Source: Planctomycetales bacterium
Lineage (GTDB): Bacteria > Planctomycetota > Planctomycetia > Pirellulales > Pirellulaceae
DNA length: 49,771 nt
NCBI GenBank assembly: GCA_020426925.1
Contig: JAGQPC010000229.1
Location: forward strand, 1-49,771
Direction of reading: 5' to 3'
The number at the start of each line of letters is the position of its first letter. Positions within the stretch are counted from its first letter, which is position 1. Below the pieces are notes generated by a model that saw only the letters and a program-made list of their open reading frames with translations, was not told where the DNA came from and ran no database searches. Made by a program: the position numbers and the translations under genes. This document shows, piece after piece, positions 9,442-17,791 of the stretch.

Positions 9442-10742
9442 TGCCGCACCTTTTCCATTTCGAGTGCTGACATGAGTTCCTTCTCGCTTGCAAAGTGCTG
9501 TTCTTTGCCCGAGTTATATTCAGATTCTTCGTAGGAAAACCAACGATCAAAATCGCTGTGGCTGACATCGACACCGATCGCTTTGGTCAAAGTCCTTCGT
9601 TTGCGTACATCATTCCAAACCTGCGAAAACCGATCAGTGTCTTGTAGGTTAACGGGATTCACCGACGCGATAACTACGCGATCGTCCATGGACACTGCCG
9701 TCATTGCATCGTCCATGACGGTTGGCAATCGATCGGTGGTTGTGGCTTGCGCGTCGGCGAGTACTTCCAGGGATTCGTGAACGAGCGCATTGGAGGCTGG
9801 CCCGCGTACGATCATCGGCGAGTGGCCAGCGATGCCAAGAATTAGGTTGCCGCCATTGCGACGGCAGTGATCGACGACGATGGTTGCCGCAAAGCTAATT
9901 GCTAATTCGACTCGGTCCAATTGTGCACGCCATTCGGACGAATCTGCCGGATGCTCGTTGAGTGTTAAGTCAAGTAGCAGAACAAAGTTTTGGTTGATCG
10001 ATTGCTCAAATTGTTTCACCACAATTTCGTTTCGCTTCGCCGACGACCGCCAATGAATCCAACGCTGACTGTCACCTGTTCGCCAACCTCGCAAACCGTA
10101 AAAGTCGCCTTCTAGCTGGCCTTGATTGCGACGACTGGTCCGCTGACCAACTTGATCCATCTTTACGAGATCTTTCCAGTGCTTCGACACGACACCTAAC
10201 TTTGGGTAGACCAAAAGCTGCGCAGTAGAATCGGGAATCGTGATGGTCCCCTGGATCAATCCGATGGGTACTCGAGTTGAAATCTGAAGAGGGCCGACAG
10301 TGTAGCGCCCTCGCTGCCACAACCGCCCGCGATAGGATGTCGATTCGGTCGAGCGTGTTTTGATTGTTGAGAGAAACGCTTTCGCTTTCGTTGGCTTTGG
10401 TTTTACCGCAACACCATCAGGCGGTCGGCGCACAAATTGATCGTGCACCGTCAGTCCCCAGCTGTCGAGCCGCTTTCGTGGATTCTTAACTTGGATACCT
10501 ACCGAAAGCAGTTCACCGGGATAGGCCAAATCCGGAAGCTTGCGTTTGCATTCCAATCGCGACAGCGTCATTCGCACAACTTGCCAGCTGACCAACAGCG
10601 GCCCGATCATCAGACCCGAAAGAATGATCAGCAAGTTGATCTCGCGAATGATTGCACCTGAAATAATCACGATCACGATCAGTACGTAACCGAACGTTTC
10701 TTTCGGGATCGAGATTTGACAGCGGCTCTTCAAACTCTTCAT
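9438..10742 (-). CDS. DUF58 domain-containing protein
   Basis: Two N-terminal TM helices. DUF58 signature FYGLRGWRTGDSQRWIHWRSSAKRNEIVVKQFEQ. It sits between a MoxR ATPase and a transglutaminase-like gene, the conserved trio. Confidence 0.85.
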   Translation of the reverse strand: MKSLKSRCQISIPKETFGYVLIVIVIISGAIIREINLLIILSGLMIGPLLVSWQVVRMTLSRLECKRKLPDLAYPGELLSVGIQVKNPRKRLDSWGLTVHDQFVRRPPDGVAVKPKPTKAKAFLSTIKTRSTESTSYRGRLWQRGRYTVGPLQISTRVPIGLIQGTITIPDSTAQLLVYPKLGVVSKHWKDLVKMDQVGQRTSRRNQGQLEGDFYGLRGWRTGDSQRWIHWRSSAKRNEIVVKQFEQSINQNFVLLLDLTLNEHPADSSEWRAQLDRVELAISFAATIVVDHCRRNGGNLILGIAGHSPMIVRGPASNALVHESLEVLADAQATTTDRLPTVMDDAMTAVSMDDRVVIASVNPVNLQDTDRFSQVWNDVRKRRTLTKAIGVDVSHSDFDRWFSYEESEYNSGKEQHFASEKELMSALEMEKVRQ

Positions 10743-10774
10743 GTTGGTTTCGACGAGTAATCGAGTAATGTGTT

Positions 10775-11773
10775 CTACGCGGGCACTTTGATGTCACTGA
10801 CAAGTCGCTCGATTAGTTGCTCAACTGCTTCTCGCTGACCGGCGTGCAAATAGCCTTTAGGGATTACTCGGTGCGCCATCACTGGTGCTGCCAATGTTTT
10901 GACATCGTCCGGGACAACGTAATCTCGGCCGCTCAGCATCGCCAATGCTTGAGTGGCTCGATACATGCACAGTGCGCCGCGAGTACTAACACCGACGTGC
11001 AGTTCGTCGCAATTTCTAGTGGCGCTAACCAAGTCCAGCAGGTAATCGTAAATCGAATCTTCTACTGTGACTTGTCGAACGGCCTCTTGAATCTGAATGA
11101 TCTGTGCGCCAGAAATCACTGGCTGCAGTTCATCAACCGGTTCTTTGTCGCGATGGCTGATCAGAACTTGCCGCTCTTCTTCTCGGTTCGGGTAGCCCAT
11201 CGAAACTCGGATGAGGAACCGGTCTAGCTGACTTTCGGGAAGCGGATAAGTTCCTTCGAACTCAAATGGGTTTTGCGTCGCAATGACAATGAAAGGTGTC
11301 GGGAGTTTGTGTGAATGGCCGTCGATCGAGGCTTGCCCATCGCTCATCGCTTCAAGTAAAGCGCTTTGAGTTCGAGGCGGAGTACGGTTGATCTCATCGG
11401 CCAAGACGACGTTCGAAAAAATCGGGCCTTCGCTGAATTTAAACTCACCCGTTTGAGAGCTGTAAACGTTGCTGCCAACAATGTCACTTGGAAGTAGATC
11501 GGGCGTGAACTGTATGCGTCGGAATTCGCCGGATACGCTGCGAGCCAGCGCCTTGGCCATCAACGTTTTGCCAACGCCGGGAACGTCTTCGAGCAGCACG
11601 TGTTCGCCAGCCAGCAGTGCTACCAAACACATTCGAACCGCATCTGTTTTGCCTAAGACGACCGACGAGATATTTCTTTCCAGCTCAGCGATAAGGCTGT
11701 CTACTTCAGTAGTCATCCAGAGACCCTCAGACTGATTGATAAGATTAGACCAGCCGACGGCATGCGATACCAT
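10775..11773 (-). CDS. MoxR-family AAA+ ATPase
   Basis: Walker [19 protein letters not shown], Walker [10 protein letters not shown], and MoxR-type C-terminus. The longest ORF starts at 11773. The internal ATG at 11716 (MTTEVDS, preceded by GAGGG) may be the true start. Confidence 0.9.
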   Translation of the reverse strand: MVSHAVGWSNLINQSEGLWMTTEVDSLIAELERNISSVVLGKTDAVRMCLVALLAGEHVLLEDVPGVGKTLMAKALARSVSGEFRRIQFTPDLLPSDIVGSNVYSSQTGEFKFSEGPIFSNVVLADEINRTPPRTQSALLEAMSDGQASIDGHSHKLPTPFIVIATQNPFEFEGTYPLPESQLDRFLIRVSMGYPNREEERQVLISHRDKEPVDELQPVISGAQIIQIQEAVRQVTVEDSIYDYLLDLVSATRNCDELHVGVSTRGALCMYRATQALAMLSGRDYVVPDDVKTLAAPVMAHRVIPKGYLHAGQREAVEQLIERLVSDIKVPA

Positions 11774-12001
11774 GCGATAAAAGCGTGCTGATTCGACTGG
11801 TAACGCCTATCGTAACGATTTCGTTTGCGTTTGTCTGCCTAATCCACCGTCGACTTCCGGTGCGTTTCGGTTCATTAATCCAAGCCGCTTAGATAGAATG
11901 AAAAGACCACGGGCACGTCCTTGCCGAGATCCGGACGACCCACACTGCATGTCCAACCGTAGAACGCCAAAAAGACAGACCTAACGTCGCGAATCTGATT
12001 C

Positions 12002-13930
12002 ATGGCAGACTCACAAAATGGTTTTCGTTTTGTCGCTCCCGTCGGAGCAGACTATGCGCCATTACGTGATGCGCGGCCGCTCAGTTCTCTTCCGGTGTTG
12101 TCATTGAAATCAACCGAGCCGCTTCCGCGAACAAGCGGCGGGCTCGTCGATTGCTCTGAATCGGCCATTGAACAGGGAGTTGCTGACGGAAGGTTGTGGC
12201 GGCCCTCACCCGTTGGTGTGAACGGAAAGACGTTGTTGTGCAAGTGTCCCGAATGTTCTGCACCGTTGTCGATTCGAGTTTGGCTACTGACAGTCAATTG
12301 TTGGCGATGCGGCGCCAGTGTTGCAATCGATGAACTCGAATGCGCGTTCGAAACGGTGGCCGACGCGGCAATGCCAGTCGCTCGCGCGAAGGAAGTCCCG
12401 ATAGCTAGTACGCCCGCGGCAGAAGACGACGTAGTCAACGCTGCAGGAATCGCTGGTGCGCCGGAACCGCCGCCGCTAACTGAGCCTGCTGTTCGGTTTC
12501 GCGTCGTCGATCTATTTGACAACACGCCGGCGTGGCTCGCCAGCCTGATGGTGCATCTGATACTTTTGATTTTGCTCGCGCTTTTGCATTTCAATTCGTT
12601 ACGGTTAGACGAATCCATTACGTTGTCGACGAATGTAGGACGTTCTGATACCGAAGACGTAAACGCACGCATGGTTGACCGGATCGACAATGTCGACTTC
12701 GAACTTCCTGTGCCCGAATCGGACCTCCCAACCAATCGGCAGCAACGCGAGCAGTTAGTGCTCGCGAACGAAGAAGCTAAGGTGCTGCGGATCGATCCGA
12801 ACGAGCCGCATCCGGAACTTCCTGATCTAGCTCAACTGAAACGGGTCATTGGCAGCGACGTGGATCAACGGACGTTGGCTGTTCGTGATCCACGCATCCG
12901 CGTCGACATGATTCGTCGAGAAGGCGGTACGACATTGACGGAAGCAGCCGTCGCTCGCGGATTGCAGTGGATGGCAGCTCACCAAGCTGAAGACGGCAGT
13001 TGGAACACCTACGCGTTCAATCGCTGCGATAATTGTCGCCGTCGATGTGACGGAGCTGGGTCGCTTGGCAGTGAATCGGCTGGGACTTCTCTGTGCTTGC
13101 TGCCGTTCTTGGGCGCCGGGCAAACCCATTTGACTGGGCGATACAAAGATGTCGTCTCAAAAGGTCTGCGATGGCTAATCGATCATCAAAAGGAAGACGG
13201 TGATTTGCGCGCGGAAACGGTTGGACAAGCGGGTATGTACGCACATGGGCAGGCGACGATCGTGCTTTGTGAAGCGTACGCGTTGACGCGAGATGAAACA
13301 TTGCGGCAGCCGGCGCAAAACGCCGTCAACTTCATCGTCGGCGCGCAGCACGGTGGTGGAGGCTGGCGGTACTATCCAGGCGAAGACGGCGACACAAGCG
13401 TCGTGGGGTGGCAGCTGATGGCTCTGCAGAGTGCTCGCGCTGCGGGGTTACAGGTTCCGGCCGAAACGATGGAACTCGCGGGACATTTTCTTGATACCGT
13501 TTCCAGCCACGACGGATCGCGTTATGCCTATCGACCCAATCAACGTGCGACCCACGTGATGACCGCTGAAGCAATGTTGTGCCGTATGTATATGGGTTGG
13601 AAACGAGATGATCCGGCGTTGCTATCAGGACTTGAGTACTTGATCGACCGACATCCTCCGCAAGCAGGCGACTTCAATATGTACTATTGGTACTACGGAA
13701 CTCAAGCGTTTCATCACGTCGGCGGCAGTTCTTGGCGAAAATGGAACAAACGCGTTCGCGACATTTTGGTCCAAACTCAACATTCGTCAGGTCACATTGC
13801 TGGAAGTTGGGACCCGCGCGGCCCGCATGCATCGGTCGGTGGGCGTCTTTACGTAACAGCACTAGCCGTGTGCACGTTGGAAGTTTACTATCGTCATGCT
13901 CCGATTTTCCGACAGCTTGACCTCTATTAG
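12002..13930 (+). CDS. Zinc-ribbon / single-TM / prenyltransferase-squalene-oxidase-repeat (alpha-alpha toroid) protein
   Basis: CxxC-x17-CxxC (CKCPECSAPLSIRVWLLTVNCWRCG). TM helix WLASLMVHLILLILLALLHF. Repeated aromatic repeats in the C-terminal half: DGSWNTY, GGGWRYYPGEDGDTSVVGWQLMALQSA, AGSWDPRG. Confidence 0.75.
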   Translation: MADSQNGFRFVAPVGADYAPLRDARPLSSLPVLSLKSTEPLPRTSGGLVDCSESAIEQGVADGRLWRPSPVGVNGKTLLCKCPECSAPLSIRVWLLTVNCWRCGASVAIDELECAFETVADAAMPVARAKEVPIASTPAAEDDVVNAAGIAGAPEPPPLTEPAVRFRVVDLFDNTPAWLASLMVHLILLILLALLHFNSLRLDESITLSTNVGRSDTEDVNARMVDRIDNVDFELPVPESDLPTNRQQREQLVLANEEAKVLRIDPNEPHPELPDLAQLKRVIGSDVDQRTLAVRDPRIRVDMIRREGGTTLTEAAVARGLQWMAAHQAEDGSWNTYAFNRCDNCRRRCDGAGSLGSESAGTSLCLLPFLGAGQTHLTGRYKDVVSKGLRWLIDHQKEDGDLRAETVGQAGMYAHGQATIVLCEAYALTRDETLRQPAQNAVNFIVGAQHGGGGWRYYPGEDGDTSVVGWQLMALQSARAAGLQVPAETMELAGHFLDTVSSHDGSRYAYRPNQRATHVMTAEAMLCRMYMGWKRDDPALLSGLEYLIDRHPPQAGDFNMYYWYYGTQAFHHVGGSSWRKWNKRVRDILVQTQHSSGHIAGSWDPRGPHASVGGRLYVTALAVCTLEVYYRHAPIFRQLDLY

Positions 13931-13946
13931 TTGTTAGCGCGCTCTG

Positions 13947-14513
13947 ATGACCCACGATGATCGACGCGAGTTCTTGCAGTTCCTGGCAGACCACGATGTA
14001 CCGGCGTTCATTCGGCGCGCTCAAGGTGTTCAAGACGCTTGGAAACGGGCGTTGCAAGACTGCGAAAAGCAGCGTAACGAGCTGCTTGAGATGCCAATAC
14101 TGCGTTTAGGAATACTCGCGGAAACGATTGGCCGCAATTGGGAAGCGTACGCCGAAGAGCTTGTCGACTCAGCCGTCGCGCAAACGTTAAAGCAGCACCA
14201 TGATGATTGGCGGCCAACGCTTCGAGTTGCAGTCAACGCTACGACCGACCGGCGAAAATGGTCTCGCGCAACAGAAGAACTTGTCACCGCGTTTCAGCGG
14301 TTCAACAAGAAGTGGACAACGTTCGTGGCGGAGTATGACTTTGCTCACGTCAACGACATTCGTGACGGATACAACCGATGGTACGTCATTGAAAAGTCGT
14401 GTGCGTTCGATTCCGATCGCATCGGCGCAGAAGGCTTTGTAGAAATCGAGCACGCAACGGCGGACGATGTCCTGATAGAGCTCCCATTGCTTGATATTCC
14501 GCAGTTGCGCTAG
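13947..14513 (+). CDS. Hypothetical protein (188 aa), probably co-transcribed with the preceding gene
   Basis: Clean ORF 16 nt after the upstream stop. No recognisable motif. Confidence 0.55.
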   Translation: MTHDDRREFLQFLADHDVPAFIRRAQGVQDAWKRALQDCEKQRNELLEMPILRLGILAETIGRNWEAYAEELVDSAVAQTLKQHHDDWRPTLRVAVNATTDRRKWSRATEELVTAFQRFNKKWTTFVAEYDFAHVNDIRDGYNRWYVIEKSCAFDSDRIGAEGFVEIEHATADDVLIELPLLDIPQLR

Positions 14514-14541
14514 TTGCTGCCATCGCCGGTGGCTTGCATTC

Positions 14542-15900
14542 TCAATGCAATCCGTAACGGTTCATCTTGTAGTGCAGGGTGCGGACGCTCACGCCGAGTG
14601 CCTTTGCGGTGTTTTCACGGTGGAAATCGTTCGCGGCGAGAGCAGCTTGAATGGTTTCTTTTTCCGCTGCTTCGATTGCTTCCGTCAGCGTCAGGCCGGT
14701 TGCGGCGCTGGTGCTGGCGGTCGTCGCGAGTTCCGCCGGTAAATCGTTCGCAGTGATTTGATCATTGGCGACCGTGACAACGAGACGCTCGATGACATTT
14801 CGGAGCTGCCTGACGTTGCCAGGCCAGCTTGCCGCGGTCAAAATCTGGAGCGCTGTTTGATCGACGATTTTGGCTGCACGTCCATGACGCGAACAAAAGT
14901 GCGAAAGGAAGTGATCTACGAGCAGCGGGATATCGTCGCGTCGTTGTCGTAACGGCGGAATCTCGACCGGCACAACGTTGAGGCGATAGTACAGGTCTTC
15001 GCGAAACGAACCGTCCGCAACGAGTTGCGGTATGTCGCGATTGGTGGCCGATACGATTCTGGCATTCGATTCCAGGTTTTCCTCGCCGCCCACGCGAAAG
15101 AACTGCCTTGATTCCAAAACGCGCAACAGGTCTACCTGGCTCTTGGCTGGTATCTCAACGATCTCATCCAAAAACAGCGTGCCATCGATTGCTTGTTCGA
15201 AACAACCTGGCTTTTGCCGAGAAGCTCCAGTGAAGGCTCCTTTTTCATGGCCGAACAATTCGCTTTCGAGCAGTGATTCCGGCAGCGCTCCGAGATTCAC
15301 CGCAACGAATCGCCCTGACGATCGATCACTCAAGTCATGAATTGCTCGTGCAATGAGTTCCTTTCCTGTCCCGCTCTCACCACGAATCAGCACTGTCGCA
15401 TCGGTATCGGCCACCTGCTGGATCTGTTTGAGGACTTCTTTTAATGCTTGACAGTTGCCGATGATTCCAGAGACTTCGCCTGCTTTGGCAAGTCGATCTT
15501 TGAGCGCTCGGTTCTCGGTTTGCAGCCGATGGTGTTCTACTGCCTTCGCCACCTGCTGACGAATCAGCTCTAAATCGACAGGCTTTGTGATGAAGTCAAA
15601 CGCTCCGCGACGCATAGCCTCGACGGCTGTTTCAACGGTTCCGTGTGCGGTGATCACAATTGCCGTCGTGTCCGGTTCGCGCTGCCGCAAGAGCGAAATC
15701 AACTCCAGGCCGTCTCGATCACCAGGAAGGCGCACATCGGCGATGACCAGCTGAAATGTCCCAGCGTCAAATTTATCGAGCGCTTCATTCGCTGAACCGG
15801 CGGATTCAATTCTATCTGCGAGCTTTTCCAAGCCCTTCGCCAGCCCGGACCGAATGTTCGGTTCGTCGTCGACGATCAGAATGTGGAATGGATCATCCAT
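14542..15900 (-). CDS. Sigma54-dependent response regulator (NtrC family bacterial enhancer-binding protein)
   Basis: Receiver domain (ILIVDDEP ... VIADVRLPG). AAA+ domain with Walker A GESGTGKELIARAIH and the sigma54-contact loop GAFTGA (EKGAFTGAS). C-terminal Fis-type HTH (ENTAKALGVSVRTLHYKMNRYGL). Confidence 0.93.
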   Translation of the reverse strand: MDDPFHILIVDDEPNIRSGLAKGLEKLADRIESAGSANEALDKFDAGTFQLVIADVRLPGDRDGLELISLLRQREPDTTAIVITAHGTVETAVEAMRRGAFDFITKPVDLELIRQQVAKAVEHHRLQTENRALKDRLAKAGEVSGIIGNCQALKEVLKQIQQVADTDATVLIRGESGTGKELIARAIHDLSDRSSGRFVAVNLGALPESLLESELFGHEKGAFTGASRQKPGCFEQAIDGTLFLDEIVEIPAKSQVDLLRVLESRQFFRVGGEENLESNARIVSATNRDIPQLVADGSFREDLYYRLNVVPVEIPPLRQRRDDIPLLVDHFLSHFCSRHGRAAKIVDQTALQILTAASWPGNVRQLRNVIERLVVTVANDQITANDLPAELATTASTSAATGLTLTEAIEAAEKETIQAALAANDFHRENTAKALGVSVRTLHYKMNRYGLH

Positions 15901-15906
15901 GCACGA

Positions 15907-17277
15907 TTACTCGTTGGCGCTCGCGTGGCTTGCAGTCGGCAATGAGAAATTCAATTGAAACACTGTTCCACGCGGCGATGAGCGGAATTCCAAACTGCCG
16001 TCGTGCTGCCTCATGATCTTGTCGCATAACGCCAGTCCAAGTCCAGTGCCTTCGTCCTTTGTTGTAAAGTATGGATCGAAAATCTTGTCATGAAGTTCCT
16101 CTGGCACGCCGCAGCCTGTGTCGCTGACTTCAACGCAGATTGATTCCGAATCCGCAAATGCTGAGATCGTCACCTTTCCGCCGTCGGGCATCGCATCTAA
16201 CGCGTTGACGATGATATTGAGCAAGACTTGTTCCAATCGGCCAGAGTCGGCGAAAGGTTGTGGCAAATCCTTTGGCAGCTGTAGGTCAATCGCCACGGAT
16301 TGTGCACTAGCTTGCGGTGTGATGAGGTCAATTTGACGCTGGATCAATTGCTTTAGATCTACGCATGCAAGATTGAGCTTCCCAATTGACGCGAAGTCTC
16401 GAAACCCTTCCAGAACGCCGCCGACTCGCGCGACTTCTGTTTCGATCACACGCAGCATGTGACGTACTTCATCACACGACTCAGCGCCATCAGAGAGTTG
16501 CTCTTTTAGCAACTGCACATGCAGTGAGAGCGCGGTCAGCGGGTTTTTGATCTCATGGTGCAGGCCAGCTGCAAGCGACCCAAGTCCCATGTAGCGTTCC
16601 ATGCGACGCATGCGACTTTCGATTAGAAATCGATCGGTCACGTCGCGCAGCTGAAGGACGAAACCGATTTCTTGGTCGTCGATGTCGCTTAAAGTTTGGC
16701 AGAATGCCCGCAACACTCGAGCACCGTTTGCTGACAACTTGAAGTCTCGAGTCATTGCGACCGACTTTTCAACTATCCAGTCCTTTCGGAATTGTTCGAT
16801 TGGCACAAATCGAGAGAGTTCAGACAGAGGGTGTCCGACGCAGTTAATTTCCGGCCTCAGCATTTCCAAGCCGCGTCGGTTGATGCTGGTCACAATTCCG
16901 CTCAGGTCAGTTGTGATCACAGCTTGGTCCATGCAGCTGAGGATATCACCAGCTAGCGCTTTCAGATCACGCAGCGATTCCTGAGACGATCGGTAGGCTC
17001 GTGCCAACAGCACGACAGCGAATCCAGTAACGACCAGATTCAGAACAATCAATATGGACAATCGAAACTGCCATCGCAGCTCGCCTTCCAGAGCTTCAGC
17101 TTTATTCTTGGCAGAGACCGGAAGCTCTCGAATTAGTTCTCGAACAATCTGTTGTTCCGCCAGAAAGTCGACCATGACCCACACGGTTACAGCAAGTGCC
17201 AGCACACTTAACGCCAGCACAGCGACGATGGCGACTCGCCGCGTTCCGTCGGATTCGGCTTGCTTAACTCGAAACAT
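15907..17277 (-). CDS. Sensor histidine kinase (2 TM, short outer loop, PAS, HisKA, HATPase_c)
   Basis: H-box HHEIKNPLTAL, N-box LLNIIVNALDAM, and G-boxes DTGCGVP / GTGLGLAL. It lies 6 nt upstream of the response regulator. Confidence 0.9.
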   Translation of the reverse strand: MFRVKQAESDGTRRVAIVAVLALSVLALAVTVWVMVDFLAEQQIVRELIRELPVSAKNKAEALEGELRWQFRLSILIVLNLVVTGFAVVLLARAYRSSQESLRDLKALAGDILSCMDQAVITTDLSGIVTSINRRGLEMLRPEINCVGHPLSELSRFVPIEQFRKDWIVEKSVAMTRDFKLSANGARVLRAFCQTLSDIDDQEIGFVLQLRDVTDRFLIESRMRRMERYMGLGSLAAGLHHEIKNPLTALSLHVQLLKEQLSDGAESCDEVRHMLRVIETEVARVGGVLEGFRDFASIGKLNLACVDLKQLIQRQIDLITPQASAQSVAIDLQLPKDLPQPFADSGRLEQVLLNIIVNALDAMPDGGKVTISAFADSESICVEVSDTGCGVPEELHDKIFDPYFTTKDEGTGLGLALCDKIMRQHDGSLEFRSSPRGTVFQLNFSLPTASHASANE

Positions 17278-17370
17278 TTACGGGGCCTCTGCCGGAACGC
17301 TGAGTCCAGGATTTCTACAGCCCATTCATGCACGACAGCGACAAGCCGGTTGCTTTTGCCTCAACATTTC

Positions 17371-17406
17371 TGCAGCACGTTGCAGGTAACCTGCAAGATC
17401 TTGCAG
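17371..17406. promoter_or_regulatory. Two overlapping perfect palindromes, TGCAGGTAACCTGCA (17381-17395) and CTGCAAGATCTTGCAG (17391-17406); candidate regulator binding sites
   Basis: Read directly. TGCA(G/A) recurs at 17371, 17381, 17392 and 17402, about one helical turn apart. The sites lie in the 415-bp divergent intergenic region. Confidence 0.4.
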
Positions 17407-17581
17407 GCGTTATTCGTGATTGTATCGAGTTCGAAGAGGACTCGCAGCGCCACGCGTACTTCCCGCAGGGGTCGGGGCTTGAAATGAATCGTTCGAGTTC
17501 CTCGAAAGGCGATAGGTTTTTGTCACGTCGTATAGTGCAAAAGAACCCGGGATTTTGCTCGAGAACAAGACAGCTTTGCTC

Positions 17582-17604
17582 GGCCGGAGTCGCGAACTCC
17601 GGCC
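17582..17604. promoter_or_regulatory. Perfect inverted repeat GGCCGGAGT-N5-ACTCCGGCC; candidate enhancer (UAS) for the NtrC-type activator
   Basis: 9-bp arms centred about 90 bp upstream of the -24 GG, the usual distance for enhancer-binding protein sites. It is flanked by the direct repeat TTTGCTCG(A/G)G at 17554 and 17575, 21 bp apart. Confidence 0.4.
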
Positions 17605-17681
17605 TATGGCAGGCTCATGTGAGTACGTCAGCTGCTTGGTAGTCTCTGCGAAATTCTTGGATCCATTCCACTTTCGGAGTC

Positions 17682-17697
17682 TGGCACCTTAATTGCT
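17682..17697 (+). promoter_or_regulatory. Sigma54 (RpoN) -24/-12 promoter TGGCACcttaaTTGCT
   Basis: Exact match to the consensus TGGCAC-N5-TTGCW. It sits directly upstream of dabA and opposite a GAFTGA-containing activator gene. Confidence 0.75.
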
Positions 17698-17791
17698 AAA
17701 CGTTGGCTACACCATCCGAAGACGCTCGCGACACCATTTCAGCAACCGCGGTTTTCGGCATGAACGCCTACCCGCAGCCCTCAAGACGAAA

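Noticed and set aside
12052-12735. 227-aa minus-strand ORF
   Set aside because: It is antisense to the 642-aa zinc-ribbon/prenyltransferase-like gene, has a low-complexity Ser/Ala/Gly composition, and is a shadow ORF.
17328-17642. 104-aa plus-strand ORF filling the kinase / dabA intergenic region
   Set aside because: It has no recognisable motif and an S/R-rich low-complexity C-terminal half. It contains all the palindromic candidate operator sites and ends just before the sigma54 promoter. It is more likely regulatory DNA, but a small protein cannot be excluded without conservation data.
17693-17791. ORF-track TTG start of the dabA ORF, giving a basic N-terminal extension [21 protein letters not shown]...
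   Set aside because: The TTG is the -12 TTGC of a perfect sigma54 promoter, so it would not be on the transcript. The extension is not part of the conserved DabA core.
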